Below, in pieces: positions 61,896 through 64,000 of a DNA stretch of 64,000 nucleotides (within the stretch, counting starts at the first letter, position 1; each line of letters begins with the position of its first letter). This stretch comes from Bugula neritina (Eukaryota > Animalia > Bryozoa). The notes under the pieces were generated by a model, which worked only from the letters and a program-made list of their open reading frames with translations, was not told the origin of the DNA and ran no database searches. Position numbers and translations under genes: made by a program. The stretch is taken from contig OZ037769.1 in assembly GCA_964035545.1 (NCBI GenBank), positions 10,446,633-10,510,632 on the forward strand, in the 5' to 3' direction.

Positions 61896-64000
61896 CTTCC
61901 GCCTACCGTGGGCCCGAGTTTAACCCCCCAAGGCAAAGGCTACGGCCCCCACCCCATCGGGTGAGGAGGCCGCCTTCGCCAGAGTGGCAAGTCCCAAGGA
62001 GAGTGAGTCGGCCGCAAGGCCCACCAATACCTCCGGCTTGGGCACTCAAAAACCGCTTTGAAGGTTTGCTTGATGAGGGAGTGAACGACGAATGGGAGCA
62101 CAACAGGGATTTTCCTCGGTTGCCCACACGAGCATCAGTCCGAGAATTCACTCGGCCGCCCGTGTGTGAGCGAGACCGAGACGTACCCTGCCCGCCCATG
62201 CAACGTCGACGACCCCCTCGCAACCGAAAAGCACAGGTGCATCCCCAATTCCATGCACATGAGGTGTCGCCTCAAGAGACAAATCGCTCAGTGAGCGCCC
62301 AGCCATATGGAAGCAGCTATTTCCTCCCCGGCAAAATTGCTGGTAAAGCTGCCACATTCCTGTTGGATACTGGGTGTACCACAAATCTACTGAGTCGACG
62401 TCTCTTCGATACTCTCAGTGCCAAGGACAGGGCTAGCCTAGAACCATATGAGGGGGAACACGGCACGTTGGCGGACGGGTCGTGTATTCCTTTCTATGGG
62501 GTAATCCAGTTGACTGGTAGAGTCCGTGATCAGATGATCAGTGAGACCTTCATCGTCAGTCAACTCAAGGAGGATGCCATCTTGGGCATGCCATTTCTGA
62601 AGCGACACAGGTGCTACATCGACTTTAGCAAGTCGGCAGTAGTGATGGCGGGGCGTGAGCTGGCCTGTGTCGACCGATTTGGCCGACCCTTGGTGGGGGG
62701 AGTGCAGGTGGTACAGCGCTGTACTGTACCTGGGCGCTCCCGGGCTACAGTTCGCTGCAGAGTGAACTGTAGGGAGATCTCCGAGCTCGGAGTGGTGGAA
62801 GGTGCACTGGGGGGCGTCCAGCTCGCTAACAGTCTGAATAGACTGGATGAGCGGAGGGAGTTCCTGGTCCAGTGTGTAAACCCTTTCACGGAGCCGGTAG
62901 AATTACCGGCTGGGTCTCTAGTAGGGAAGTTCCACTCCGTGCAAGAGGAGGATGTAGGGCCCGCGCTGGAAACAGCGGGCGGTGCCCGGGGAGTACCCAC
63001 TAGAGACGGCAGGGGGCCGGTGCCTGAACACGTAGCAGAGTTGTACGAGGATGCCTGTGATGGCTGCGAGAGCAAGCGAGAACGCCTGGAGATGGCGCGG
63101 CTACTCTCTGAGTACAAGGATGTGTTCAGTTGCGGCGACCATGACATGGGTCTGACTGAGACGGTTCGTCATGAGATACCCCTGGCGGCGGGGACGGTGC
63201 CGATTCGGCAGCCGACCCGCCGGTTAGGTCCTGAGAAGGAGAGAGAAGTGAGCCGTCAGGTGCAAGACCTTCTGAACCGGGACCTGATTGAGCCAGGCCA
63301 TGGGGCCTGGAGTTCTCCAGTCGTCCTGGTTCGGAAAAAGGATGGTAGCTGGAGGTTTTGCGTTGATTATCGCAGGCTGAACAGCGTGACCATCCAGGAC
63401 GCTTACCCTCTCCCGAGGATCGATGAGTCGCTCGATGCCTTAGCTGGTAGCAAGTTCTTCAGCACGTTAGACTTGTTAAGCGGGTATTGGCAGGTGCCCC
63501 TGAGTCCTGAAGCACAGGACAAGGCCGCGTTTATAACGCGGGATGGGCTCTGGAAATGGAAGGTGTTGCCATTCGGACTTACGTCCGCACCAGCCACCTT
63601 CCAGCGACTCATGGAGCAGGTCCTGAGTGGACTGCACTGGAAGACCTTGCTCATATATCTCGATGATGTCATCGTCATCTCCCCCGACTTCGACACACAT
63701 GTCAGTCGACTCAGGGAGGTGTTCGACAGACTCCGAGCTGCTAACCTGAAGCTGAAGCCCTCGAAGTGTGCATTACTGCAACGCGAGGTCAAGTACCTGG
63801 GCCATGTAGTTGGTCGAGACGGGGTCGCCACCGACCCCGAGAAGGTACGGGCCGTGAGGGACTGGGCCGTTCCTGTCGACCTCTCTGAATTGCGGGCGTT
63901 CCTGGGGCTGGTAGGGTACTATCGTCAGTACATACCAGGCTTCGCAGGAATTGCACAGCCGTTAAATCGGCTGACCGCAAAGGGGGTGCGATGGCAGTGG
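61871..64000 (+). CDS. pol: Gypsy Pol (aspartic protease plus reverse transcriptase), in the -1 frame relative to gag, truncated by the window
   Basis: The frame is open from 61871 to the protease (FLLDTGCTTNLLS near 62360). RT motifs WSSPVVLVRKKDGSWRFCVDYRRLN, LDLLSGYWQV, LPFGL and YLDD (63656) follow; YLDD is in the same frame as the protease. Confidence 0.93.

Larger units (their letters stand above)
60657..64000 (+). mobile_element. Ty3/Gypsy LTR retrotransposon, 5' part (continues past the window end)
   Basis: LTR, PBS, gag and pol in protease-RT order; markedly GC-richer than the host. Confidence 0.96.

Noticed and set aside
61565-63980. Minus-strand ORFs within the Gypsy element
   Set aside because: Antisense shadows of GC-rich gag/pol with no recognisable motifs.

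Overview
AT-rich, intron-containing animal genomic DNA, most likely from an invertebrate (it has an octopamine-beta-type receptor); the species cannot be named from sequence alone. I rebuilt spliced gene models by hand from GT-AG sites and checked the phase at each junction. In order: the 5' part of NOL9 (minus, runs off the window start); a DESI1/PPPDE peptidase with a C-terminal extension of about 270 aa (plus, 11 exons); an octopamine beta-like GPCR (minus, 3 exons) with an altered TM6 switch; a protein with a PAN/apple-like module and three tandem CTHRC1 C-terminal domains but no visible collagen (plus, at least 12 exons); a 224-aa Cys-containing secreted or GPI-anchored protein of unknown family (plus, 5 exons); an intronless orphan ORF (minus); an F-box/LRR protein of about 1023 aa (minus, 4 exons); and the 5' half of an apparently intact Ty3/Gypsy element with LTR, tRNA-Leu PBS, gag, a -1 frameshift signal and pol. 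Also present: a truncated RTE LINE, two tRNA-Thr-derived SINEs, hAT MITEs, foldback elements and many intronic minisatellites, several next to splice sites and two that multiply the donor site. The best candidate for something undescribed is the PAN + 3xCTHRC1 protein. All family assignments come from motif recall, not from database searches.
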